From the human T2T-CHM13v2.0 reference genome, Homo sapiens, in the NCBI RefSeq assembly GCF_009914755.1, contig NC_060936.1: a stretch of 64,000 nucleotides of DNA. One strand, 5' to 3'. Below are positions 41,236 through 53,556 of this stretch, piece by piece. Made by a program: the position numbers and the translations under genes. How positions within the stretch are numbered: the first letter of the stretch is position 1; each line of letters begins with the position of its first letter. Below the pieces are notes generated by a model. It was not told the DNA's origin. It searched no databases and saw nothing but the letters and a program-made list of their open reading frames with translations.

Positions 41236-43242
41236 GTGAGCCTCGGCTCCGCTCAGGGCACCAGTCCCCATGGAGGCCACTCGGGGACCCTGGGTGTGGG
41301 TCCTGGGCAATCTGCAGGGAGAGGTGCCCATTCCCGTGGTGTGTTTCTTCCTGCTGAGGAGCGCCAGGCTTGCCTTCTTTAATCTCATGAGCTTTAGTGG
41401 TGGGAGTGAGGAGGAAGGCGAGAGAGAAATGTGTCTGTCCATTTTGCAAACTGCACCAGAGGTCTGGAGTCCGTGTGAGATGTCACTGTCTGCCCTGGAG
41501 GAGTCAGGCAAGAGTCCTGGCATCCTGGCCCCTGCAGGGAGGCCTTCCCTCCTGCAGCCAGGCTGTCTTGACGAGGCGAGGTCAAGAGAAGCCCCACGAG
41601 GAACACTCTCCAACCAGGCAGTGTAAGAGGGCAGGGTGACCAGAAGGATCTGGATCTTGCTCTTCTCTGTACAGTCCCTTCTCTAATGAGCCACAAGCAC
41701 TTCCTGACCCCTGGCTCAGGTCAGCCCACCCCAAATCCAGAGAGACCCTCAAACTCCACTTCTCTAGTGGTTTCTCCAGTGGAATTGCTCACTCCAGCCG
41801 AGTCACACTGGTTCCAGAGCTGGCCCCTCCTTTGGCCTGCCCCAACCTTACCCCACCTGCAGGGGGCCAGGAAAGGTTTCCACCACCTCCCTCCACCAGC
41901 CCCAAATAAAGAGCATGAGGGGAGATGCATGAGAATTCAGTCTCATCCCAGTGAAATCCCAGCAAGCCATTCACAACTGTCCACCCATTAGTTAACTCGG
42001 TCACTTACTCTCACACTCAACAAACACTTCTCGAATGGCTGCTGCCCTGTGCAGAACACTGGAAAGCCAGGGTCATAGTGAGACGCCAGCTTGAGCTGAG
42101 AAGCTCCAGTGGGCCCCGTGTGGTCCATGACCCGCCACAGTCGGCCCTGAGTCCTGACTTGGAACAGGCAGCAGCGTGGGGACTAGTTACGGCAGCGAGG
42201 ACATGAGATTCACTTTCCAAGCAGGACATGGGGCTCTTTTCGCTATGTGGAGATTCTGTGATGGAATCTTTCCTGTATGGGTTTGACCTGCCATCGTGCG
42301 TCCGTAATTCTCCACGCTGCCTGATCTCCACTGGCCTCTTCATTTCTATAAGGTCATAGGGCACGGGTTGCTGCTTTTGTTTTCTCAGCTGTGGAACCCC
42401 AGAGCCAGCCCTCAGCTGTGTATCATTCCCTGCCATTCCTTCCTGCCTCTCTTTTGGAAGCTGCCCGCCCTGGTTAGGCCCAGATGCCTGTCCCCAGGGA
42501 CGTGTTCCCTTAGTCCCCTCCACAGCGGGGTCTTTCTCATTCCCAAACAATGGTGCAGCTCCCTCTCCTGCTGCAGGAAGCAGAGGGCTGAGCACAGCAG
42601 GGGGAAGCTGGCACCCCCAGGGGTTGGGAAATGAGAGGGGCTCCTGCGGGGGTCGGGGTGGAAGCTGGGAGTGACTCAGCCACAAAGAGCCAATGAGCTG
42701 TCCGTGGGGGTCCGCAGGGCCCCTGCTGCTGTGCCAGGCCGGCCAGAAGGCCCTCAGAGTAATTACAGAGCAGTTATCGGCTCTCACCGTGCCCGGCACT
42801 GCGGTGAGTGCTGTGCAGGCCTCAGCCCATTCAGTCCTGCCCCCTCAGCCAGTCTGCAGGGCTGGAGCAAAGAAGCGTGGCCCACGCTCAAGGAGCCTGT
42901 GATCCACGGAGGCTGATGAACGTGGCGCCCACAACCCAGGCCCCCTCCAAGCCTTTTACAGTTCGTACTGGGAAGGCTTTGACTGTGGGTAAATCAGATT
43001 CCACAATGCCAACATCAGAAAGAGCGGCAGCGATCTTCTAGTCTGCGGCAGCCCAGAGAGATGTAGCATCTCGCCCAGGTCACATAGCTCCTAAGTGGCA
43101 GAGTGGGGCTCCCAACCTCCGCCTCAGTGAGGAGCAGTGTGACCCCAAGTCTTAGCTGCAGAGATGCTTGAGGGGCACAGGGGAGGGGCAGGGGCTTGGC
43201 TCAGCCGGTGGAGAATGAGCCCTGTGCTCTTTGCATTCAAAG

Positions 43243-43292
43243 CCAAAAGGGAAGCCGCGCTCAGGGAGAGGCCGGCGGAGAGCACGGTGGAG
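43243..43292 (+). CDS. IQSEC3: IQSEC3 exon 13 (50 nt)
   Basis: ttcaaag|CC AAA AGG; AKREAALRERPAESTVE; donor GAG|gtaagt; phases fit exon 12 and the last exon. Confidence 0.92.
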
Positions 43293-43377
43293 GTAAGTGG
43301 AGCCCTGGTTGCCAAGGTGAGTGACTACCCTGCCCCCTTGTTCTTCTTCTCACCGTCTCTGTTGTTTCTCTTCTCAG

Positions 43378-43452
43378 GTATTAATCAATGCCTCCCCAGC
43401 CCGACTCACCATTTTACCAATTTCAAGAGATACAATTAAAAGTTACTGCTAG
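43378..43452 (+). CDS. IQSEC3: IQSEC3 alternative stop-containing exon (short C-terminus VLINASPARLTILPISRDTIKSYC*)
   Basis: Very strong polypyrimidine tract and ctcag|GTA; in frame after exon 13; TAG at 43450-43452; matches my recollection of an annotated short isoform. Confidence 0.75.
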   Translation, partial: VLINASPARLTILPISRDTIKSYC

Positions 43453-46400
43453 CATGGGTAATGCCACTGTTCCAGCGCCTAATTAAGCCACGAGCTCTTT
43501 CTCCCCTTTCCCCAGCCTGCTGCCCTCCGAGGCCGAGCTCCCAGACTAACACAGTGGAGACGGAGCTCACGGCACCCTAGGGCCATCCTTCCTGTGTGCC
43601 CCCAAATCCACCTCCCCAGCAAATGCTCACTGCTCACTGCTCCCCCAGTACTTGCTGTATCAGAAGACCCCACATCCCGTTCCCCAAGTCCTCCCACCAT
43701 CCATAGCGGGGAGCCTGGGCTCCCTCGGAGAATTACCCCTTAGGCCCCAAACGATCACTTCTGGGGCAGACCCTGCCCTCTTGGACACCTGGGGCTAGGT
43801 TGGAGAATTGAGACTTGGGGGCAGGTGGGAGGGGGAACTCCTCCCCGGAACAACTGGTCCATCTGGAAAGCTGGCCATGGCGCAGGGATGTGTGTGCAAA
43901 AGAAAATGAGACAGAGTAGGGTGGGGCTGTCCTGAGGGCTGTCCTGGGGGAAGTGATAAGCTGAAGACTGTCTGTGGTGGAGGGGAGGCTGCCCATTTGG
44001 CTCCATGCCATACAGTGAGGGACTGCAGAAGACCCAGCAGCAGCTGGTCCCTGCCAAACCCCCCCAGTGCCACCTATGGGAGGAGTGTGCAGGTGCCCCT
44101 ACAAGCCTCGTGAGCCCCACCCCTCTCCCACTGGGTCCTCTTGCACCCCAGTGAGTCCCAGCTCCACTCCTTTTCTGCCCGGCCTCCCGGGGCCACCGGC
44201 TGCTCATACAGACACCTCCCTTCGCAACCCTAACCTCGACCCGGAGGGGCCCCCATTAGGTGTCTTAGGAAGCTGCCCTACCCATCAGTCTGACTAAGCC
44301 CTGGGAAGCAGCAGGATACCCCGGGGGAGCTCAGTGTCTTCTCTCTCCCCCATGGCCCCCCACCCCCCACACACCCGTGTCTGGAGGAGGCACCTTTACA
44401 AGGAGGAGCTTCCTGCCCCAGCCGCTGACAAGCCCCCAGGGTGGGTATTCTATTCCCCGCCCCCCTCCACTCCCCATCCTCCACAGCTGCCCATTCTTGA
44501 GCCTTGCAGATAAGCACACCCGTGCCCAGCCCTCTGTTCTGTTCTGCCAGCCCTGCCCTGCCCCGCCCTAGCCTGAGCTACCCAGGGAGGACAACCAACC
44601 CCACGCACTCCTCCCTCCTGCCCTAACGGCATATGGCTATCTGCAAGGCTGCCACCCTCAGCTAGCTCAGGGCCCTGCCAGCCTCTGCTCTCCCACGCAG
44701 AGGGCAGCCTCGCCTCCCACGGCCTCAGCTGGACCCCAGGCTCTCTCTCCTCTGCCCTCTCTCTGCCGTTGCTGGCCAAGCCCCTCTGGCAGGTGCTTCT
44801 CCATCTTCTCTGAGCTGTTCTCTGACCTGCTGCTCATGTTCCATCCTCTGTCTCCCCACTCCCCTCATTCTTTCTTTCATGAGCAGGGAGGTGAGAAGGG
44901 GGTCAGATGAGAGGACATTTTGCTGTCACTTCCTGCTTTTCACTTACTGACCACTAAAGAGGAAGGATCCAGAGACTGCGGTGGGGCCAGGGATGCAGTG
45001 GGGGGACCAGAGCAGGGGAGGTAAACGGGAGGCGCAGGCTGTGGCCCAGAGGGGGCGCGGCACGGGGAGCTTCAGGGAGAAGAAGGACGGCTCAGTGGGT
45101 CTGGACTGGGACAGCCAGACATTCGCCTGGGGAGAGGCCGCTGCGAAGTCCAGGCGGAGGGAGGCAGATGAGCACAAGCCCGTCCTGGCTGTCTCAGGCC
45201 CCGTGTCTCCTGGGGAGGAATTCAGAATACAAGCAGGAGGGGAGAGGAGCCCGTGCCCTCCAGCGGCTTCTGCCTGAGTGAGGGCCCTGGAGGGATCCCC
45301 AGAGGCAGGTGGGCCCCAGCCATGCTCTCTGCCTGCCATGTCTTGGAAGGACAGTGAGGGGCTCAGGGCACCTTCGTTTGTTTAGGGAGACCTCAGGCCT
45401 GGAACATGTGCTGAGGTTGGAGGCTGAGAAGGAAAAATAAAGCCCGTGACATGCCGAGTGTGGCAGTGGGGCTCATGAATACTGAGGGGCAGACAAAGGC
45501 CTGCGGAGCCTCGGGAGGGAAGTTGCCCCCTGGGAGTGCACAGGTCCGGGAAAGGGTGTCCCTGAACTGCACCTGCAGCCAACAAACAGGATGAGGAAAT
45601 GCTAGTTTAGGGCTCCGGGATAGTTCTGGGCTGGGCCAGCTGGGTCTAGGCCTGGGATGAGGTACCTCCCCTGCAGCTTCCCTTTCCCTCTGTGCTCTGA
45701 GCACTGGCCCCAGGTGGTGCTGCCCGAGGACAGATGTCAGCCCAATAGAAAGATCCTCAGAGAGGAGGAGGGTCTCAGCCTCCCCTAGAAGACCCAGGGG
45801 TTTGGAGGGGGTTGGGTGGTGTCATAGCCACGGGCAGGGGAGCTTGCGGGTGGAACGGTGTGAGGAGTTAAATCCCTCTCCTTCCAGAATCCTCTAGCCT
45901 CCCTTCCACCCATCTCCTCCACCTCCCGCTGGTAGCAAGGGGAGGCCAGGCTAGTCCATAGTGACCTCCATGGTCTGAGGGAGGGGGCTCATGAGCATCA
46001 TCTGGGCCACCTCCTCCTGCCCCGCCTTGGGGATCAAGGTTAGAGCCCTCTCTGGGGATCCTCTCCTGCAGCCAGGCAAGTTAACCAGGACCCAGCTTGG
46101 GCCAGAATGGCAGCTGGGGAGCTGACTCTGCCCTCGGCTGTCTGGGCTGTTCTCGAACGCAGGGTCATGGCCGTGGGGAGTCTGGGAGGACAGGTAGGTC
46201 CAGATCACCCTCTGGCATTCTGGGGTTTAAGCCTCTATGAGGTCGACGGTGCCAATGATCCTTCCTCTATAACAAGGCTGGAGGGAACAGAGGGAAAGGC
46301 TCAATAACGCTTGGCTCTGTCCCTGGGTCTGCCCTCCTTTGCCTCAGCACACTCCTGGGAGGGGCAAAGACTATAACCCCTGCTTTCAAGCTCAGAGTGT

Positions 46401-46729
46401 GGTGGAAAAGGAAGTGAGGACACCCAGCAGGTCCATGAAATCAGGCAGCAGATGTATGCAGAGCCCATCTCACAGATGAAGAGACTGAGGCCGTACAGCG
46501 ACACTGCTCACAGTCAGTGGCAGAACATGCCAGCCTCTCGACTCCTCTCTCCCCCCTGGGCAAAAGCCAGGGTCGCAACCCAGTCTTCTTGTGGGTGGAG
46601 AGATGGTGAGAGGGTCAGAGTGAGGGCTGAGAGTGGGAGGGAGGCCAGGGGAGGCACAGGGCAGCCTGTCCTAGCAGCTGGGAATTAGTCTTGTAACATT
46701 TCATGCTTCTCTGGCTGTTTCTAAACTAG

Positions 46730-47164
46730 GTGTCAATTCACAACAGGCTTCAAACGTCCCAGCACAACTCCGGGCTGGGGGCCGAGAGGGGAGCGCCGGT
46801 GCCGCCGCCAGACCTGCAGCCTAGCCCCCCGAGACAGCAGACCCCACCACTGCCGCCGCCGCCACCCACGCCCCCGGGCACCCTGGTGCAGTGCCAGCAA
46901 ATTGTCAAGGTCATTGTCCTGGACAAGCCCTGCCTGGCCCGCATGGAGCCCCTGCTGAGCCAGGCTCTCTCCTGCTACACCTCGTCGTCCTCTGACTCCT
47001 GCGGCTCCACACCCCTGGGCGGCCCCGGCTCTCCGGTCAAGGTCACCCACCAGCCTCCGCTGCCCCCGCCCCCACCCCCCTACAACCACCCTCACCAGTT
47101 CTGTCCCCCAGGCTCCCTGCTGCACGGGCACCGCTACTCCAGTGGCTCAAGGAGCCTGGTGTAG
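46730..47164 (+). CDS. IQSEC3: IQSEC3 last coding exon (Pro-rich, PPPY, class I PDZ ligand -RSLV)
   Basis: aactag|GTG TCA ATT; VSIHNRLQ...[13 protein letters not shown]...SSGSRSLV*. Confidence 0.96.
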   Translation: MSIHNRLQTSQHNSGLGAERGAPVPPPDLQPSPPRQQTPPLPPPPPTPPGTLVQCQQIVKVIVLDKPCLARMEPLLSQALSCYTSSSSDSCGSTPLGGPGSPVKVTHQPPLPPPPPPYNHPHQFCPPGSLLHGHRYSSGSRSLV

Positions 47165-48087
47165 ACTCTGCCCCACCACCCTGCTGTCCTGGGAGGGCTG
47201 GCCACTGGGGGGCCTGGGCTGCCCCTCCACTGCTCCCCATACCCTGGCACGATGCGTTCCTGGTCACTGATCACCATCATTTTGGGAAGAGAATCCCAAT
47301 CCCTGGCACCTGGGTTTGCCTCATCCAACCATCCTTCCCTTTCTCAGCTGCACCCCCTCTGCAGATCTGAAGACACACCTCACTCTCCCAGGGCCCTACA
47401 CAGCCAGACCCGGCGAGGCCTCCTCTTCCCCTGGCCACCACTTTCCCCCATTGGACCATGGACTGAAGAAAACGAGCTGAGGGTCTAACGAGCTTGCAGG
47501 CTTTGAGTCTGTTAGTGCCCGGGGCCTCGGGCCTTGGGCAGCAGCATGAGGCTGGGCCGGCCGGCAGTGGAGCACTAGACAGAGTGGCTGGCTCGCAGCC
47601 CAGAACTAGTGCCTCTGTAGCTGCACTGAGGGGAGGAGGGTTGGTCCCACCCCTGGAGGGACAGGTGGGAGGAGTGAGGAGGGGGCTTTTTCTGCCACCC
47701 CCGCCCCCAAGCCTGAAACTCTCAGGAGTCTACTTCTTGGTCCCCAGGGACATTGGCTGTCCTGACCATGTCCTTCCCCCTCCTCCCAGGGCCTCTGCTT
47801 CCTCAGGAGCTGCCCAGACTCCAGAAAAGCCTGGAAAAAGGGAGGCGGGAAGGGGAGCACTTTCGGCTTTCTATAGGTCAGTCCAGCAGGGCCATGGGAT
47901 CGCGAGGTCATGTATCTGCAAAATGCACCTTTTTAAAGAGTGTCTTAGTTCCCCAGCCCCAGCTAATACCCGGCCAATGCCGTGTACGCACAGGCATGTG
48001 CACGCAAACACGCATGAGAACCAGGCCATTCCTTCCGCTGTGGAAGCAGAACTGGAGACGGGGCAGGAATGTGCCCAGCAGAGATGG

Positions 48088-48156
48088 GGCTCAGCCCGAG
48101 GCAGGGCTCCCTCCTGCATGAGGCTCGGCCCGAGGCAGGGCTCCCTCCTGCATGAG
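48088..48156. repeat. 34-nt tandem duplication in 3'UTR
   Basis: ggctc(a/g)gcccgaggcagggctccctcctgcatga twice. Confidence 0.9.
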
Positions 48157-49257
48157 TCTGTGGCCTCCAGGAGGGACTTGGGTGCAGATGTAAGCAAGAA
48201 AAACCGGGGCTCCAGAGGCATGTGCATTTCCCCTGCGCCCCTCAGCCTTTAAATATTCCCTCCTCCTAGAAGGTTCTAGACCCCCCCCTTCCAGCAGGGG
48301 TGCCCAAGAGTCCCTGGACCCTCAAAATTGCAAAGGAGACCCAAGCGGGGCTCGCTGACCTCCCAGGGCCCAGCAAGATGGGATAGCCAGCCTTAGGTGG
48401 CCCCACGAGCCCAAGCCTGGGGAAGGGCCCCTCCCCAGCCAGACGAGAGGCAGCCACCCCAGAGACCACAGGAGCCGTACCATGGCCTGCGCAGTCAGGC
48501 CCTATCAGGATGTGTCTGTCCCAAGCCTGGCCAGGCTCCAGTCCTGTGCCAGTAGCTCACTGCTGTCCTATGTGCAGGTCCCCCAACACTTGGAGCCTGT
48601 GGTTAAGGCCTCCTGGGAGAGGCAGTGAGCATGAGTCAAAGGTGACATGGACTTGAATCTCCCCACCCCGCCCCGCCTGCAGTAGCCGGGCCAGGTAGGA
48701 GGCAAGGATCATTCCCTGCTCCCAGAGGTTCCAGATGACCTAGTTTCGTTTTGTGTGTGTGTGTGTGTGGTCACCCAGACGTCACTGTGATATCACCTAG
48801 TGAATCTATTTCTGGCCCTGTCTTCGTCGGCCCAGTTTCTGTAACTTGCAGCCAATTTGCCCTCTCCCCTGTGGCTGCCAGCCCATCTGCCCCTCTGTGT
48901 CCTTGCTGCCCTGGCCCTCCTCTGTTTTCTGTAACAGATGCTCCAGTCATTGCCTTTCAGAGTGGAGCAGATGACAGATGGGGTGCACGCATTCAGACAC
49001 CTCTGATGCCCTTAGCCAGGGCAGGGATCGTCCTTAAAGTGAAGGCCTGGACAGGAGGAGTCAGGGACTTGGGAGGAGGTGGAGCTGTGGGGATGGGAGT
49101 GGAGGAATCAAAATGAGGGAAGCTGAAAATAGAATGAAAACGATGACTAAGAGGCAGGGAGTGCGAGGTATGGGGGAATAGGAACTATGAGCTAAATATA
49201 CTTATGGGGTGGGGGCCGTGGGGGCCAGGGACACTCTCCCAGACAGCCCTGACCCGC

Positions 49258-49355
49258 CAGGCAGGACCCCGTCCCCTGCTCACACAGCTCTTCAAGCTTA
49301 CCAAGGACAGGCAGGACCCCGTCCCCTGCTCACACAGCTCTTCAAGCTTACCAAG
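49258..49355. repeat. 50-nt tandem duplication in 3'UTR
   Basis: caggcaggaccccgtcccctgctcacacagctcttcaagcttaccaag twice. Confidence 0.92.
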
Positions 49356-50674
49356 TGCCCTCAACAGGGGAGAGCAACCCCAGGCCCTCCCTCCCACCTC
49401 AGCTGAAGCCCCAATCTTCCAAATCGGAACCAGCAAGTCTTAGGGCTGGCACGCATCTGGGCCTCTAGCTGAGAACCCGGACTCTCAGGCACCTCAGTGC
49501 CCCTGCCCCAGGGCAGAGGCCCACCCCGTGGGTTGGTGCAGTGGCTGCCCTGGGCTCCACGGGCAGCACAGGGAGTCTGTCCAGGAAGCAGCCCAGCCGG
49601 GGTCAGTATTCCGTGGAGCCAGTCCTGAGCTGGGAGGGGCATTTAACACCCCTGAGGGCCTGGGGCAGGACACAGCTGGCCCTCCTCATTGTCAGGGGAA
49701 GCAAGTGCCCAACATCTGTAACCTCCCTTCCCTGCTCAGTCCCCAGGCCAAGGTTGGGACCCCTCTCCATCCCTGTCCCCAGAGCCTAGACCTCAGGGAC
49801 CTAGGAAAAGCCTCCTGCTCCCTCCCCACGGCAGCAGACAGGGCAGGGCCTCCAGCCCCCAGAGGGCCGGTGGGGGGTGCTCTCGGGCCTTCCTGCTCTC
49901 CTAAGGTTGCGGGGACAGTAGAGTGCTGAGCCCCAGACCCAGTCACCCCAAGATGGCCCCACTCTATCCACTCTCTAGACCTTTGGGAAATCTGGGTCCC
50001 TCTCCTGATTTGATCCATTCGGCCCCAACTCCAGAGTCGGGAATGGGAGATGAAACTAGTTTTCCACCCACTTTTGGACAAGTCCCACCCCTAGATCTGA
50101 AGCAAGCTCTACCAGCAGCGTGTCCTGGAAGCCTGCCTGCCTGCCTGCCCGTCTGCACAGGTGTCTTGATCCAGCCCTGCGTCTTCGAGCCCCTGTGCCA
50201 CCGGTCCCCACGGCCCGCCAGGAGTCTCTTTGTACCCACTAGGCTTCCCTGATGACCATCTGTCTGTCCGTCCCTGTTTTTGCTGTACATAACTCCTGCT
50301 GCACCCTCTCCCCGCACACCCGTCACCCATGAGAGAGAAACCTCTCTAGGGAAAGGCAGGGTGGCTGCACCCAGCAACTAATCCAAATGGCAAATATTTT
50401 GTAACAAAATAGCCCAGAGGTATTTTATCTGTTCAATTCATAGAGTTTTAGAGATTATATTGAAAGATGTCACTTGAGCAAACTGTGTCGGCGCAGCTTC
50501 TTTTGCTCTCCCAGCGGGGGGGGCTCGCCTTAAATCAGAGCATCTCTTGGTGAGGATTTGAGAAGGACACCGATGCCCTCAGCCCCTCAGGCTTCTCTCC
50601 CCTGGCCACAGCAGCACCATTCCTTTACCCCAGGATAATGCACTCATGTCCCATGGTTAGGAACCCCTGTCTTC

Positions 50675-50680
50675 AATAAA
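50675..50680 (+). terminator. Probable IQSEC3 polyadenylation signal
   Basis: AATAAA followed by GU-rich gggtgtgg. Confidence 0.7.
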
Positions 50681-52938
50681 GGAGACTCGGGTGTGGGAAG
50701 ATAAGGTAAGTCTTCTGATGGGTGAGCACTGGCAGAGCTGGGGGCAGGGCTAGGAAACTGATCACCGTGTGTGTGGGCCTGACCCGCTAACACATGCATA
50801 CACCCCCCTCACTCCACCTTCCTGAGCACACACACATACAGCTTTCAGCCAGTCCAGAAAGCAGGCTACAATGGAGACCAAAGGCAGCTGTGGAGGGAGG
50901 AGGCTCCACGACAGTCAGTGCACCTCCAGGGGGAGATGAGGACCACCTCTGGCCTGCTTGGCTTTCTGCAATGAAGAGTGAGGGTTTGTCAGGGTGCGGG
51001 GGAGGACATCCCACTGGCCATGCCAGGCATCAGCTCCCAAAGCCTGACCTCAGTGGCAGGGTCTGGTTTGTCCAGCCCCTGGGTCCAACCTTTCTGAAAT
51101 GCAGGAGCCATGGGGCCCGTGAAAGGACTGGAGGAGGATTGTTGGGGACAGTGCACAAAGCCACAGAGAGCAATTCAGCAAACATATCCTGAGCCCCACA
51201 GTGTGCCAGGTCCCCTACTGGGAGCCAGAAGGGATGCCAAGGTTCTGGGAAGCATATGGATATGACAGTAGCCGAGTGGCTGTAAGGAAGCAGGGAAGGC
51301 TGGAATGAGGACTGGGAGAGCGGCAGGAGCTCAGCCAGGTGTTCACAGCCAGGTGCAGTGCTCAGCTCGGCTCCATGGGGGCTTAAGATGGGGTGGTTCT
51401 CCTGGCTGGGGAGAGAGGAGAGAGCCTTCCAGCAATGCTGAGTCATCAGAGGAGAGCAATTGGCTGCCCCAGGACACTCGCAGAGAGGGCGCCCAGCTCT
51501 CCTGGTGACCAGAATTCTGAACACCTGGAAATCCCAGCAGCTTCAGCACCTTCCCAGGCTGGTTCCTGTTGTTCCCAACAGCTAAAGGGAAAGGAAACTT
51601 GACCTCACCCTCAACTTGACCTCACCCTCTTCCCAGGAAATGGGAAATTCCAGAATAAGCTGGAAGCCGGCTATGACCTGTCCCATCCTGGGAATTCTCT
51701 GACCTGGGAAGCTGAGGACTGGCCCCTTGAGAGCACTCTGCGGGGAACCAGCTCAGCCTGGGCCTGGGAGAGAGCCAAGGGCCAAGGACGGCCCTGCTGC
51801 TATCTGTGCCAGATGCGGGCCCATGGCACCATTCTCCACACCTCGGGCCCCTGAGGTCATCTAGGATGAATGCTTGTCCCTCCAGTGAGAGGGAGACCAT
51901 CCTGTTCTGATAGAGCCCGTCTGGTGGTCCAGGCCCCTCTGTGCCTATCTGCCGTAGGGATGGAGAGCTACAGTCCGTGCATCTCCCTCCATAATGACCC
52001 TTTGTAGATGGGAGAATGTCAGACTCATCAGTCATAGACTTAGAATGCTCCCAGTAAGGGGTCCCAGGATGTACTGGTTTCTGGCTGAGAGCAGTGACCC
52101 AGAGCTAGTGCTGGAAATCAGGGTGAACTGAACCGTAAGTTTGAGACCACCTGCTGAGCACTGTTTCAGGTGCTGGGGGCTATGCAGTGAAGGGGACAGG
52201 GAAAGTTCACACTGGGGGGTGTCATCAACAAGAAATGGAGCAGCTGCCTTCACACAGAGGATGGTGACCCCGCTGGGGTGATGGGGAGAGCCTGTTTTAG
52301 GGTGAACATTCAAGGAAGGCCTCTCCAAGGAGGAGAATTCAACAAGGTCAAGGTCTGGTCTGAGGGCAGGTGAACAGTTCGGAGACCATCACTTCAAGTC
52401 AAATGACCACATATTTAAGAGGCAGAAACCAAGACAGTTTGTCAAAAAACTGTTTCCTGATATATGTGTTTACTTACATGAAAAAATCTTATGAATTAAG
52501 TGTAAACATGAATTCAAAACATCTTTACTGAGGAAAGCAAAATTGGTCTTCTAGCAAATCCAGGGCAGACGGTCACCACAGTCACAGGCCAGGAGAGGAA
52601 GTGCTTGAGAGTGAGCAGTCAGGCGCTCTGGACAGGCAAGGATGGGGCCGGGGGTGGGGCAGAGCTTAGGCCACGTGGGCAGCCACCACCACAGGAAGAC
52701 CAGGCCACCGAAGTAGACCGCAGAAAGCACAAACCAGCAACAGTGAAGTCAGGCTACCCTGAGCCGAGGCAGCTGCTGCCCAGAGCAAGCACGTGCTTGT
52801 GTGACCCTGCATAGGGATGGGGAGCAGCCCACTCCAGGTCAAGGCAGCCTGCTGTCCACCTCCTCCTCTGTCACCTCAAACCAAGAGGGCTCAGGTTTGC
52901 CATTTTCAAATTTTTCCTGTATTTATGTTTCAAAGAAG

Positions 52939-53556
<618 letters not shown>

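Larger units (their letters stand above)
47165..50700 (+). other. IQSEC3: IQSEC3 3'UTR (~3.5 kb)
   Basis: Runs from the stop codon to the AATAAA at 50675; largely free of interspersed repeats; 3' end inferred. Confidence 0.7.

Noticed and set aside
47494-48252. 252-aa ORF in the 3'UTR, and the 260-aa minus ORF at 42017-42799
   Set aside because: No recognisable domain or splice structure; chance ORFs in GC-rich sequence
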